Source: an uncultured Candidatus Saccharibacteria bacterium (GTDB taxonomy: Bacteria > Patescibacteriota > Minisyncoccia > CAIUEV01 > JAHKAQ01). Taken from it: DNA of 64,000 bases. Location of the stretch: assembly GCA_964598205.1 (NCBI GenBank), contig CAZRBB010000004.1, forward strand, positions 2,324 through 66,323, in the 5' to 3' direction. Shown piece by piece: positions 30,066-38,658 of the stretch. Both the position numbers and the translations under genes were made by a program. Numbering within the stretch: the stretch's first letter is position 1; each line of letters starts with the position of its first letter. The notes under the pieces are model-generated. The model searched no databases and had not been told where the DNA came from. It worked only from the letters and a program-made list of their open reading frames with translations.

Positions 30066-30275
30066 CTTTTCCAAACTGATATCCTTTTCCCAGTTCGTTC
30101 GGCCTCGACCGGGCCTCGCTCCACCTTGTTTGTCATTCCGAACGCAGTGAGGAATCCCTTGTGCTAGAAAATAATTGTCAATTATAGACCAAGGGATCCT
30201 TCGCTTCGCTCAGGATGACAGATATTAGTAGGCGGGAACAAGGAGCCTCCTCAAAGGACATCAGTTTGGAAAAGC
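30066..30275. repeat. Family-A element, copy A5, interrupted by a nested miniature element
   Basis: Outer arms CTTTTCCAAACTGATATCC / GGACATCAGTTTGGAAAAG. The core ...GCTCCACCTTGTT is broken by an 89-bp insert before ...TTAGTAGGCGGGAACAAGGAGCC. Confidence 0.7.
30132..30220. mobile_element. Miniature ORF-less derivative (MITE) of the GIY-YIG element found at 63621-63995, nested in A5
   Basis: Left end GTCATTCCGAACGCAGTGAGGAATCCCTT. It matches 28/29 of the reverse complement of the right IR of the GIY-YIG element. Right end AAGGGATCCTTCGCTTCGCTCAGGATGAC. Confidence 0.7.
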
Positions 30276-30316
30276 TAAGATCAATAATTTTATTCTTAAT
30301 TCATAATTTAAACCAA

Positions 30317-31282
30317 GTGGATTTTGGAGCGCATGTTTCGGCGGCGGGGGGAGTGGCCAATGCTCCCAAGAACGCATCTGTATTGGGATGTGAGTGTTTT
30401 CAATTTTTTTCACAGAGTCCTCGTGGCGGAACAAGAAAGCTTCCTTCCGCAGAAGAAGCGACGGCGTTTAAAAAAACGGTGGTGGATTTGGGTTTAAAAT
30501 CAAGCTATATTCACGCACCGTATTTTATTAATTTGGCTTCAAAAAATGGTCGGATTTATTATGGATCGATTGAGGCGCTAAAAAAAGAATTGGAAATTGC
30601 TGATATGTTGGGGGTGCGAGGTGTAGTGACTCATTTGGGGAGCGCCAAGGACTATGCAGTGGTAGATGGGGAAGGTGAGGGGGTACGAGCGCAAAGGGAC
30701 AAAGGACCAAGGGGACCAATTAAGCAACATCGGGCAACTTCGGGATTGGGACGACCTGCAACTTCGGGCAATGTCGGCAGTGGGACGGCGGGAATGCCAA
30801 GCGAAGCGGCGGAAAGAATAGTTAAGGCGTTGATCGAAATCGAAAAGGCGCGCACGGGAAAGTCACGATTGATTTTGGAAAATGCTGCCGGCGCCGGTCG
30901 GATTTTGGGAAGCAATTTGGAACAGTTGGCTTTTTTATTAAAAGCAGTGCCGGGATTAGGCGGGATTTGTTTGGATACGGCGCACGCTTTTGCTTCTGGC
31001 TTAGAATTAAGAGGGGATAAGGCGATTGATGAACTGGTTAGGAAGATTAAGGGTTTGATAGGGTTTGATAAATTGTGGGTGGTGCATGCTAATGATTCTT
31101 TAGTGGATTTTGATTCACATTGCGATCGGCATGCGCATTTAGGGGAAGGGAGAATTGGTAAGGAAGCTTTTGGGAAATTAGTTCGGCGAAGAGAATTTTC
31201 TAAAGTTGATTTTATTTTAGAAACGCCGACAATAGAGGGAATGGTTCGGGACTTGGAAATGCTTCATAGATTTAGGGATTAG
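30317..31282 (+). CDS. nfo: Endonuclease IV (AP endonuclease family 2)
   Basis: GAHVSAAGG, HAPYFINLAS, VVTHLGS, LENAAG, ICLDTAHAFASG, VHANDS, DRHAHLGEG and ILETPT. The start is set at the GTG (VDFGAHV) to exclude repeat-A-derived upstream codons. The six-frame ORF begins at 30215. Contains a GC-rich low-complexity insertion. Confidence 0.85.
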   Translation: MDFGAHVSAAGGVANAPKNASVLGCECFQFFSQSPRGGTRKLPSAEEATAFKKTVVDLGLKSSYIHAPYFINLASKNGRIYYGSIEALKKELEIADMLGVRGVVTHLGSAKDYAVVDGEGEGVRAQRDKGPRGPIKQHRATSGLGRPATSGNVGSGTAGMPSEAAERIVKALIEIEKARTGKSRLILENAAGAGRILGSNLEQLAFLLKAVPGLGGICLDTAHAFASGLELRGDKAIDELVRKIKGLIGFDKLWVVHANDSLVDFDSHCDRHAHLGEGRIGKEAFGKLVRRREFSKVDFILETPTIEGMVRDLEMLHRFRD

Positions 31283-31301
31283 GAATTTTTTTTATTTTAT
31301 T

Positions 31302-31512
31302 AAACTAATGTTCTTTGAGGAGGCTCCTTGTTCCCGCTGACAGAGACCAGAGGAGTATCCGTTCAGTAGACAAGGCTCTTAGTCTACTGAACGGATACTC
31401 CTCTGGTCTCTGTAGAGCTTTAAGCTTTTTAAACAAAGCTGACCAGGAACAAGGTGGAGCGAGGCCCGGTCGAGACCGAACGAACTTGGAAAAGAACATT
31501 AGTTTGAGAAAA
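31302..31512. repeat. Family-A element, copy A6 (reverse orientation, nested family-C hairpin 31336-31415)
   Basis: TTGAGGAGGCTCCTTGTTCCCG...AAGCTTTTTAAACAAAG...CAGGAACAAGGTGGAGCGAGGCCCGGTCGAGACCGAACGAAC. Outer arms AAACTAATGTTCTTT / AAAGAACATTAGTTT. Confidence 0.7.
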
Positions 31513-31537
31513 ATATAGTTCCTAAACTAAATATGAC

Positions 31538-32098
31538 ATGAAGATTTCTTTAGAAAAATTGGAAAAAAAGTTGCGAAATTGCCAAGCGTGTGAACTGGGA
31601 AAAGGGCGGACTAATTTGGTGTTTGGAGAGGGAAGCTTGGATGCAGACCTAATGTTTATTGGGGAAGGGCCAGGTCGGAAAGAAGATGAATTAGGTCGGC
31701 CATTTGTGGGGGCAGCTGGGAAATTTTTAGATGAGCTTTTAGCTTCGGTTGATTTAGAAAGAAAAGTTGTGTATATTGCCAATATTGTTAAATGTCGGCC
31801 ACCACAGAATCGCGATCCGTTGCCCCAAGAAGTAGAAGCTTGTTTTCCTTTTTTGGCTCGGCAGATTAAAGTGATTAAGCCAAAATTGCTGGTGCTTTTA
31901 GGCAGGCACTCTTTGGTGCGATTTATGCCACAAAAAACAATTTCTAAAGCACATGGCCAAGCTTTTCGGCGGGAATTTCCAGGATTAGGAAAGCAGGTAT
32001 TTTTTGCCATGTATCATCCAGCCGCTGCTCTTTACAATGGAGGTCTCAGAGAAACGCTTTTTCGGGATTTTAAAAGAATTCCAAAGATCCTAGGATAA
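31538..32098 (+). CDS. Uracil-DNA glycosylase, family 4 (4Fe-4S type)
   Basis: CQACELGKGRTNLVFGEG...LMFIGEGPG, GRPFVGAAGKFL, and NIVKCRPPQNRDP. Confidence 0.85.
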   Translation: MKISLEKLEKKLRNCQACELGKGRTNLVFGEGSLDADLMFIGEGPGRKEDELGRPFVGAAGKFLDELLASVDLERKVVYIANIVKCRPPQNRDPLPQEVEACFPFLARQIKVIKPKLLVLLGRHSLVRFMPQKTISKAHGQAFRREFPGLGKQVFFAMYHPAAALYNGGLRETLFRDFKRIPKILG

Positions 32099-32227
32099 TT
32101 GTGAATGACGAATTTTGAATTTTGATTAAAATTTGAATAATTAATTTTAAAATTAAAATCCATTTTAAAATTATTTTTTCTAAATTATTTCGAAATTCAA
32201 GCTTTAAAATTAAAAATTTAAAAATAG

Positions 32228-32300
32228 GCCGAGATAGCTCAGTTGGTAGAGCACAGGACTGAAAATCCTGGTGTCGGCGGTTCAATCCCGCCTCTCGGCA
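32228..32300 (+). tRNA. tRNA-Phe (GAA), CCA not encoded
   Basis: GCCGAGATAGCTCAGTTGGTAGAGCACAGGACTGAAAATCCTGGTGTCGGCGGTTCAATCCCGCCTCTCGGCA. Confidence 0.9.
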
Positions 32301-32824
32301 CAAATAAATTCGAGCTTGGATTCGTAAAGGAAGTTGTTAAATTAGTGAAGAAGAAAATAACAATCAAAAAGCTCTCTCTAATGGTGGAAGAAGGATTTGG
32401 CGATTTTTAACATCAAAATTTGACTCTTGGTGGCGGGCATCGATTGCGCTAGGTTTTGAGCGGAAAAAGGCAATTATGGATTCTTGCGATAAGGGCTATT
32501 TTTTGGTAATATTTTTTCAATGAACCAAGAGTAAAAAAGGAAAAAGCCTTGAGAAAGAAATAAAGATTCAAACAAAAAATGGGAGTCTGGCTATTTATAA
32601 TGTCTAAATTTAGAAGGAAAGCTTGAATGCTTTTGGCGTGGCAACACCTATGTTGGCTATAAAGAATATTAAGGAATCGGCTGAGGTAATTGGAGAAGAA
32701 ACGGTCGGGTCGGTGAAGATAGATACCAATAAAAATGTCGATGGAATAGATAATTAAACTGGTGCTGACAGTCAAAGGTTAGCAGTAACTACCGGAGCGA
32801 TTACCGAAACTTGCAAGGTCTTTC

Positions 32825-32844
32825 TTTTTTTTTTGGGGGGGGGG
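32825..32844. repeat. Abutting homopolymers T10 G10
   Basis: ...TTTCTTTTTTTTTTGGGGGGGGGGTACTTACTGG... lies within a roughly 700-bp stretch that has no convincing ORF. Confidence 0.8.
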
Positions 32845-33015
32845 TACTTACTGGGTAGAAAAAAATACAATAAAGAAACTGATAAATTTACTAGCTTTAA
32901 GATCGCTTTTAAAAACCAATTACCAGCAAAACCAAAGTTTTTTGGTTGATTGTGGAAAAGGCGGAGTAAAAATAGAAAAAACAGAGCAAGAATAAAATGT
33001 GTTATAATAAAAAAT

Positions 33016-34242
33016 ATGAACAATCCTTATCTTAAAATTAGAATGGCGGCGGCGCGGATTAACGCCAAGGAATGGAAGGAGCGATTGGCTCGTTTGGAGG
33101 CAAAGCCGATTTTAGCGAATTCAAAGGTTTTAAAACCGGTGACTCTTTTTAAAGCTGTCACTAAAACTATTTCTTCTCGGCGTAATCCTAGAATGGAGTC
33201 ACTAAAGCTCAGAATGGCCATTTCTCATTCTTCAGAAAAACTAAAAGAAGAAGTTAAGGAATTGAGAGAAAAAGCTTCATTGGCCGGCGTTCTGGGTAGT
33301 ATTCCTCATGGTTCTAGTCGAGAAGGAGAGGTTGATTTAGCAATCTCTTGCCTAAAAGCAACTCGCTTGGAGTTTATAGAAGTTGACTTAGCGGTGGAAA
33401 AGGGGGTAATGGGAATGTTACGAAAGTTAGGATTTTGTGGAGCTAAAGAAGAAAATCCTTCTTATGTTTTACTTCGCAATAAATATTTGGGAGCACTAGA
33501 TGATTTCCGCGGTTTAGTGATTGAGGAATTTAAAAAGAAGAAGGGCTTTTTGTTTAGTGCCAGCTTAAAAACTATTTATCGCATTACTGTTGCCGACGAA
33601 ATAGAAAGATTAAAAGTGGAAAAAGAAAGGCTTTGGCGGCGACAGGGGTTTAAAGGATTTTTGCGTGAAAGAATTCAAGATTATCGCGAGACTTCTTCTG
33701 GCTTAAAAATAATTTTAGGTGTTCTCTTGATTTTTTTTGGATTATTTATTTTCAGTTTTGGAAAAGAAATTCTAAATCTTCTTTCTTTTTTAACAATTAT
33801 TTTGGGAATGGTAATTAGCTTAGAAGGGGTTCATCAGGAGATGAGTATTATTGAAGGTATTCGGCAAGAGCTGACCAGAGCCCAGGCTTTTCGTCGTGCT
33901 TTCCGCCGATTAGGGAGGGGAGAGGCTGGATTAAGAGAACGACTGCGAAAAATCCATTTAAGATTAGAAGAAGATATTTGGCAAATTCGTAAATTCGAAA
34001 AACGCGCCGAAGTTGCTCGCTTTTTGTCCCCCATTCTTTTGGGGGCTACCTTGGGTGCTTTTTTAGCACTTTCTTTAGGAATTTTTGCTGCGCTAAAAGT
34101 TTTTATTTCGGTTTTTGTGGTGCGTTTTTTCTTGATTGTTTATCTTCCTTTAATTCCGTTCAAAGACTCTCTAAGAGTGAATTCTGAATCAAAACAATAC
34201 TCCAAAGAAGGGGAGTATCCAGAAGAAAAAGCTTATATTTAG
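33016..34242 (+). CDS. Hypothetical protein with coiled-coil region and C-terminal TM helices
   Basis: The start is set at the ATG (MNNPYLKIRMAAARINAKEW). The six-frame ORF begins at 32950. C-terminal hydrophobic segments. No family recognised. Confidence 0.45.
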   Translation: MNNPYLKIRMAAARINAKEWKERLARLEAKPILANSKVLKPVTLFKAVTKTISSRRNPRMESLKLRMAISHSSEKLKEEVKELREKASLAGVLGSIPHGSSREGEVDLAISCLKATRLEFIEVDLAVEKGVMGMLRKLGFCGAKEENPSYVLLRNKYLGALDDFRGLVIEEFKKKKGFLFSASLKTIYRITVADEIERLKVEKERLWRRQGFKGFLRERIQDYRETSSGLKIILGVLLIFFGLFIFSFGKEILNLLSFLTIILGMVISLEGVHQEMSIIEGIRQELTRAQAFRRAFRRLGRGEAGLRERLRKIHLRLEEDIWQIRKFEKRAEVARFLSPILLGATLGAFLALSLGIFAALKVFISVFVVRFFLIVYLPLIPFKDSLRVNSESKQYSKEGEYPEEKAYI

Positions 34243-34243
34243 T

Positions 34244-34319
34244 TGGCGCGTCTGGCAGGAATCGAACCCGCAACCTCTTGGTCCGAAGCCAAGCGCTCTA
34301 TCCGTTGAGCTACAGACGC
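34244..34319 (-). tRNA. tRNA-Arg (TCG), CCA encoded
   Basis: GCGTCTGTAGCTCAACGGATAGAGCGCTTGGCTTCGGACCAAGAGGTTGCGGGTTCGATTCCTGCCAGACGCGCCA. Anticodon loop CTTCGGA. Confidence 0.75.
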
Positions 34320-34374
34320 TTATCTAGTGTTATCACTTGTTTAGTTTAGTCAATCGTTCCGTAAAGTCAAAGAC

Positions 34375-34503
34375 TTTCTTTAATTACGAATTATGAATTA
34401 CGAATTTCGATTAAAGACCAAGTTTTTTAATTTAGAAACGGGCTCGTTTTTAAATTCTAATTTTTAATTTTAATCGAAATTTGTAATTCATAATTCGTAA
34501 TTC
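34375..34503. repeat. Family-D AT-rich palindromic intergenic element (example copy)
   Basis: AATTACGAATTATGAATTACGAATTTCGATTAAA ... TTTAATCGAAATTTGTAATTCATAATTCGTAATT (inverted arms). Confidence 0.6.
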
Positions 34504-34510
34504 AAAAAAG

Positions 34511-35239
34511 GTGCTTTCTTTTTTTTCTGAATCAAAAAATATTAGAGCGGTGATGTCTGTGGCGTCCGATGGTCCCATGGAAAGAGTGGCTAATAAAAAT
34601 GAAAATATTTTAGAGGCTCCCAACCGTTTTCGGTTTTTTTTAAAGAACGGTATTGATTCGCAAAGAACAGTTTCCTTAGAGCTAAAGGCGGGTTCTGTGG
34701 CTGGTGTTCTTTTGGAAGTTCCTCCGAATGGAGTTTATTCCGAAGCTGATGGCCTAGTAACTAAATTACCAGGAGTGTTTCTTACTGCCACGGCAGCAGA
34801 TTGCGCCTTAGTTTTTCTCTGGGAAGAAAAAGCAGGAATAGTTGGGATTTGTCATGCTGGTTGGCGAGGAGTGGCACAGGGGATAATCAAGAACACGATT
34901 AAAAAAATCTTGGTTATTAGGGGTGAACTTTCTAGCGTTCGTGCTGTAATTTCCCCGGCACTTGGGGTTTGTTGTTTTGAAATCAAAGAAGATGTGGCTT
35001 CCATTTTTAATAATTTGGGATTTTCTCTTTTTATAAAAAAGAAAAAAGGCCGGTTGTTTTTAGATTTAAAGGGGATAATCAAAAAGCAACTAGAAAATTC
35101 AGGATTAAAGTCCGAAAATATTACAATTAGTTCTGATTGTACTTTTTGCGATCCAAAGTATTTTTCTTATCGCCAAAGTGGAGATAACATAAATAAAGGT
35201 CCAATTTCTTTAATGATCGGTGCCATAGGGATTGTTTAA
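34511..35239 (+). CDS. pgeF: Peptidoglycan editing factor PgeF / YfiH (laccase-domain) family
   Basis: TATAADCALVFL, ICHAGWRGVAQGI, and CTFCDPKYFSYRQ. GTG start, with an alternative internal ATG. Confidence 0.75.
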   Translation: MLSFFSESKNIRAVMSVASDGPMERVANKNENILEAPNRFRFFLKNGIDSQRTVSLELKAGSVAGVLLEVPPNGVYSEADGLVTKLPGVFLTATAADCALVFLWEEKAGIVGICHAGWRGVAQGIIKNTIKKILVIRGELSSVRAVISPALGVCCFEIKEDVASIFNNLGFSLFIKKKKGRLFLDLKGIIKKQLENSGLKSENITISSDCTFCDPKYFSYRQSGDNINKGPISLMIGAIGIV

Positions 35240-35413
35240 TTGCGAATTTCTAATTTTTAATTTCGACTAAAATTAGAATTATTAATTTTAAAACAAAGAT
35301 AATTTTATTCCAAAACCAAAAACCCCCAGATAGTTTAATGTCTAGGGGTATTGATTTTAAATTCGATTTTTTGAATTTAATCGAAATTAAAAATTAGAAA
35401 TTTAGAATTGGAT

Positions 35414-36340
35414 CTAGTCTTTTACTACTGGAGAAATAATACCTTTTTTATTGTCAGAGAAAACATTGCCACTTTGCAGGACTACGCCTTTATTCATTTT
35501 GTCTTCAAAGAAACCGCCCTTGGAGATTTTGGCGATTGCCCAGCGACCGTTTTTGTAAAATTTGTTGTCTCTAATCCAAACAGAACCACTCTCTCCTTTC
35601 CCAGCAACTTCTAGGCCTTCGCGGTTGTTATCTCTAATAGAATTCTTTTTTACGGTAATTTTACTTCCGTCTAGCGTTAGCTTAATACCATCGCCGCCAT
35701 TATCCTTGATTTTGTTCTTAGACAAGGCTCCTTCTGATCCAGAAGAAAATTCTACCCCGTCTTTTTGGTTGTCGGTAATTTCGTTATTGTCTAAAACAAA
35801 AATTCTTTGACGGGAGTAAATCCCGTTCCAACCGTTTTTAGTAATCAGCGAATCGTAAACTTCTACTTGGCGACTTTCCTTCATTTTACCTTCTTCCACA
35901 GTTAAGCCGTCTTTATCGCTGTTTTTAATTACACAGTTCTTGATTAGGGCACCCACACCTTCCTTAACCACAACACCGCGTTCGCCACCATCTATGGTGA
36001 CATTTCTTAGGGCAGTTTTGTGGTAAAGAGAGACAACAGTTTTGTTTTTGCCTTCAGGTTTAATAATTACCTTGTCCTTATCTTCTCCGTCTATTTCTAC
36101 GCCTTCCCAAACTTTTAAATTTTCGTAGTAGGTTCCTTTTCTAATATAAACATCTTTATCTTTAGATTTGGCCTTATCAATGGCTTTTTGGATAGAGGAG
36201 TAAGGGTGCTTGGAGCTACCATCCATGTCTCCTTTAGCATTCTTATCCGCGTAAACTCGGTCTTTGGCGGTAGCCGAAAAGCCTAATGGAAGGAGTACAG
36301 AAAAAAGAACCATTAAAGAAAACCCAATTAACTTTTTCAT
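35414..36340 (-). CDS. Secreted right-handed parallel beta-helix repeat protein (pectin-lyase fold / NosD-like)
   Basis: Signal peptide MKKLIGFSLMVLFSVLLPLGFSATA. Repeated N.TI.GN...G-rich beta-helix rungs. Confidence 0.7.
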   Translation of the reverse strand: MKKLIGFSLMVLFSVLLPLGFSATAKDRVYADKNAKGDMDGSSKHPYSSIQKAIDKAKSKDKDVYIRKGTYYENLKVWEGVEIDGEDKDKVIIKPEGKNKTVVSLYHKTALRNVTIDGGERGVVVKEGVGALIKNCVIKNSDKDGLTVEEGKMKESRQVEVYDSLITKNGWNGIYSRQRIFVLDNNEITDNQKDGVEFSSGSEGALSKNKIKDNGGDGIKLTLDGSKITVKKNSIRDNNREGLEVAGKGESGSVWIRDNKFYKNGRWAIAKISKGGFFEDKMNKGVVLQSGNVFSDNKKGIISPVVKD

Positions 36341-36373
36341 AGAAACATTAATTAATTATGAATTACGATTTAT

Positions 36374-36533
36374 ACCTTTTTCAAACTGATGTTCTTTTCG
36401 GAGTACGCTCGTCCTCGACCAGACCTCGCTCCACCTTGTTCCTGCATTCCTTTGTCTAAAAAGCTTAAAATCTAGTTGGTGGGAACAAGGAGCCTCCTCT
36501 AAGAACGACAGTTTGGAAAAGAGGCTAATCTTG
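36374..36533. repeat. Family-A element, copy A7
   Basis: GGAGTACGCTCGTCCTCGACCAGACCTCGCTCCACCTTGTTCCTG...CTAAAAAGCTT...GGTGGGAACAAGGAGCCTCCTCTAAGAAC. Outer arms CCTTTTTCAAACTGATGTTCTT / AAGAACGACAGTTTGGAAAAGAGG. Confidence 0.7.
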
Positions 36534-36670
36534 GCTGAATTCGTTTCCCGAAAGATAGATTCAAACAAGATTAAAAAAGAGATCTCTTCTTTTGGTTTCG
36601 GCTTTTTCTTATGTTAAAATAAAGCCGTTGAGTTTTTGTTTTTTTTGGAAACATTATTTAATAGCATAAA

Positions 36671-37357
36671 ATGGTAAAAGAGTCAAGGATAAATCTCCCT
36701 GTTAACTATCCGGGTCGAATTTTAGTGTTTGAAGGCGGTGATGGTACTGGTAAATCTGCTCAGATAGAAAAATTGAAAAATCTTTTAGGAGAGAGAAAAA
36801 TTCCTTTTGTTTTTTTTAAGTTTCCACGGCACGGTAAGGCGGTCTTTGGGAAAATAGTAGACAATTATTTGGAAGGGAAGTTTGGTAATCCGGTTTGCTT
36901 GGATCCTTATTTGTCGGCTTCTTTTTTTGCTTCCGACAGGCGAGAAGTTTTATCCAAAATCAAAAAAGCGCAGAAACAAGGCAAGTTGGTTTTAATGGAT
37001 CGATTTACTGGTTCTAATTTGGCACACCAACTGGCCAAGATAGAAGGAAAGGAAGCGCGACGGCGATTTTCTTTGTGGCTTTTTAACTTGGAACATCAAG
37101 TTCTTGGCTTGCCAACGGCAGATTGGGTGCTTTATTTTTCTGTTTCGGTTAAGTCTTCTTTAAAACTTTTAAACAAAACTACCAAGAATAAAGATGGTCA
37201 TGAAATCGATTTAGATTATCTTTCTCTGGTAAAAAAAGAATTTGACGCTATTGCTAAAAATGGCCGAGAATGGCACATTATAGAGTGTGAAGAACAAGGT
37301 TGCCTGCTTTCGCTAGAGGCGGTATTTAAAATGGTTCGCAATCTTTTAAGTATCTAA
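36671..37357 (+). CDS. tmk: Thymidylate kinase
   Basis: P-loop ILVFEGGDGTGKSAQ. DR(F/Y) motif. LID-region arginines. Confidence 0.8.
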   Translation: MVKESRINLPVNYPGRILVFEGGDGTGKSAQIEKLKNLLGERKIPFVFFKFPRHGKAVFGKIVDNYLEGKFGNPVCLDPYLSASFFASDRREVLSKIKKAQKQGKLVLMDRFTGSNLAHQLAKIEGKEARRRFSLWLFNLEHQVLGLPTADWVLYFSVSVKSSLKLLNKTTKNKDGHEIDLDYLSLVKKEFDAIAKNGREWHIIECEEQGCLLSLEAVFKMVRNLLSI

Positions 37358-37367
37358 GAGCGTTAAC

Positions 37368-37934
37368 ATGAAGATTGTTTTGGGAATTTCCGGAAGGAAT
37401 GGTAGCGGTAAGGACACGGTTGCTGATTATCTTGTTTCTAAGCATCAAGCAGAAAAGCTGGTTTTTTCGGATCTTCTAACGGAAGCACTTTCTTTTTTTA
37501 TTACCAAAATTGGTCGATCTGATCATGCTTGGCTTTCTACTTTTCTTAGGGAGAAATATGGTGAAGGTATTTTAGGGGTAGCAATGAAAAGAAGAATCAA
37601 GCGCTCAACCGCTGATTTGGTGGTAGTTTCTGGCTTGCGAGATTTTGGTGAGCTTTCTATGATTCGCTCTTTTTCTAGCGGTTACTTGGTTTTTGTAGAA
37701 ACCGATCAAAAAGTTCGTTGGGAAAGGTTAAAAAAAAGAAACAAGAAGGCGGACGATACTGTTAGTTTTTTAAAATTTCAACGGCAAAAAGAAAAACTTC
37801 CTTCTGAAGCTTGGATTTCTGGATTAAAAGAAAAAGCAGATTTTATTATTAATAATAACAGTCAAAGAGAATTAGCCGAACAACAGGTAGAGAAAATACT
37901 GACTAAAATTTATTCCCGAGCAAATAATAATTAA
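37368..37934 (+). CDS. Deoxynucleoside-monophosphate kinase-like P-loop kinase (phage T4 gp1-like), paralog 1
   Basis: P-loop GRNGSGKDTVADYL of the RSGKDT type. 188 aa. Confidence 0.55.
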   Translation: MKIVLGISGRNGSGKDTVADYLVSKHQAEKLVFSDLLTEALSFFITKIGRSDHAWLSTFLREKYGEGILGVAMKRRIKRSTADLVVVSGLRDFGELSMIRSFSSGYLVFVETDQKVRWERLKKRNKKADDTVSFLKFQRQKEKLPSEAWISGLKEKADFIINNNSQRELAEQQVEKILTKIYSRANNN

Positions 37935-37981
37935 TTATTAGTTGATAAAGGACTATTAAAGATAAAGAAATAAATCTTGAT

Positions 37982-38533
37982 ATGAAAAAAATTTATTTGG
38001 GATTGGTTGGCGAAGCGGGGAGTGGCAAAAATACAGTGGCAGATTTTTTAGAGAAGCAGTTCGGTGCTCAAATAGTGACCTCTTCCTATCTTTTAAAAAA
38101 GGCTATTCAGATTTTTATTTCTAAGATTGGTCGAGCGGATTATATTTGGTTTGTGGAAAAATTAACTGAAAAATACGGTGAAGATATTATTTCCAAAGCA
38201 GTGGTAAAAAATATGCAGGAATTTTCGGCGCCGATTGTGGTTTTTAATGGTGTGCGTTTGCCGAGTGATTATGAGATGTTAAAAAAGATTGGTGGAATAT
38301 TGGTTTATGTAACGGCGGATTCTCGTGTACGTTGGCAAAGAGTTCAGAAGCGAGGTGAAAAATCAGACGACAGGGCTCCTTTTGAAGAGTTTATGGCAAT
38401 GCATAGCGCCAAGACGGAAATCAATGTTCCTAAAATAGGTCTTTTGGCGGACTATCAGATTAAAAACGATGGCTCTTTGGCAGACTTGGAGAAAGCAACG
38501 ACTTTGGTTATAGAAAAGATAGAAAAAGCCTAG
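37982..38533 (+). CDS. Deoxynucleoside-monophosphate kinase-like P-loop kinase (phage T4 gp1-like), paralog 2
   Basis: GEAGSGKNTVADFL. C-terminal IKNDGSLADLEKA, resembling the T4 gp1 NDGSLEEL tail. 183 aa. Confidence 0.6.
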   Translation: MKKIYLGLVGEAGSGKNTVADFLEKQFGAQIVTSSYLLKKAIQIFISKIGRADYIWFVEKLTEKYGEDIISKAVVKNMQEFSAPIVVFNGVRLPSDYEMLKKIGGILVYVTADSRVRWQRVQKRGEKSDDRAPFEEFMAMHSAKTEINVPKIGLLADYQIKNDGSLADLEKATTLVIEKIEKA

Positions 38534-38658
38534 GGATAATTTCGAATTTCGAATTTTGAATTTCGATTCAAGCTAGAATTCATAATTTAAAATAATTTAG
38601 AAATTCTAAATTATAATTTTATTCGAAATTAAAAATTCGAAATTAAGAATTAAATAAG

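Noticed and set aside
30215-30316. N-terminal 34 codons of the nfo ORF call
   Set aside because: Derived from the 3' arm of the family-A repeat (GGCGGGAACAAGGAGCCTCC). The conserved Nfo N-terminus begins at the GTG giving VDFGAHVSAAGG.
32301-33015. tmRNA, SRP RNA or RNase P RNA in the gene-free stretch after tRNA-Phe
   Set aside because: I looked for the tmRNA tRNA-like 3' end and tag ORF, the SRP domain-IV GGAAGCAGCC motif and the RNase P GGAAAGUCC / ACAGAAACCCGGCUUA blocks. None is present. GGTGCTGACAGTCAAAGGTTAGCAG is only a weak resemblance.
32449-33023. Minus-strand ORFs 32449-32775 and 32772-33023
   Set aside because: AT-rich, Phe/Leu/Ile/Lys-dominated translations with no motifs. They overlap the homopolymer tract and the start of the next plus-strand gene. 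They are most likely non-coding.
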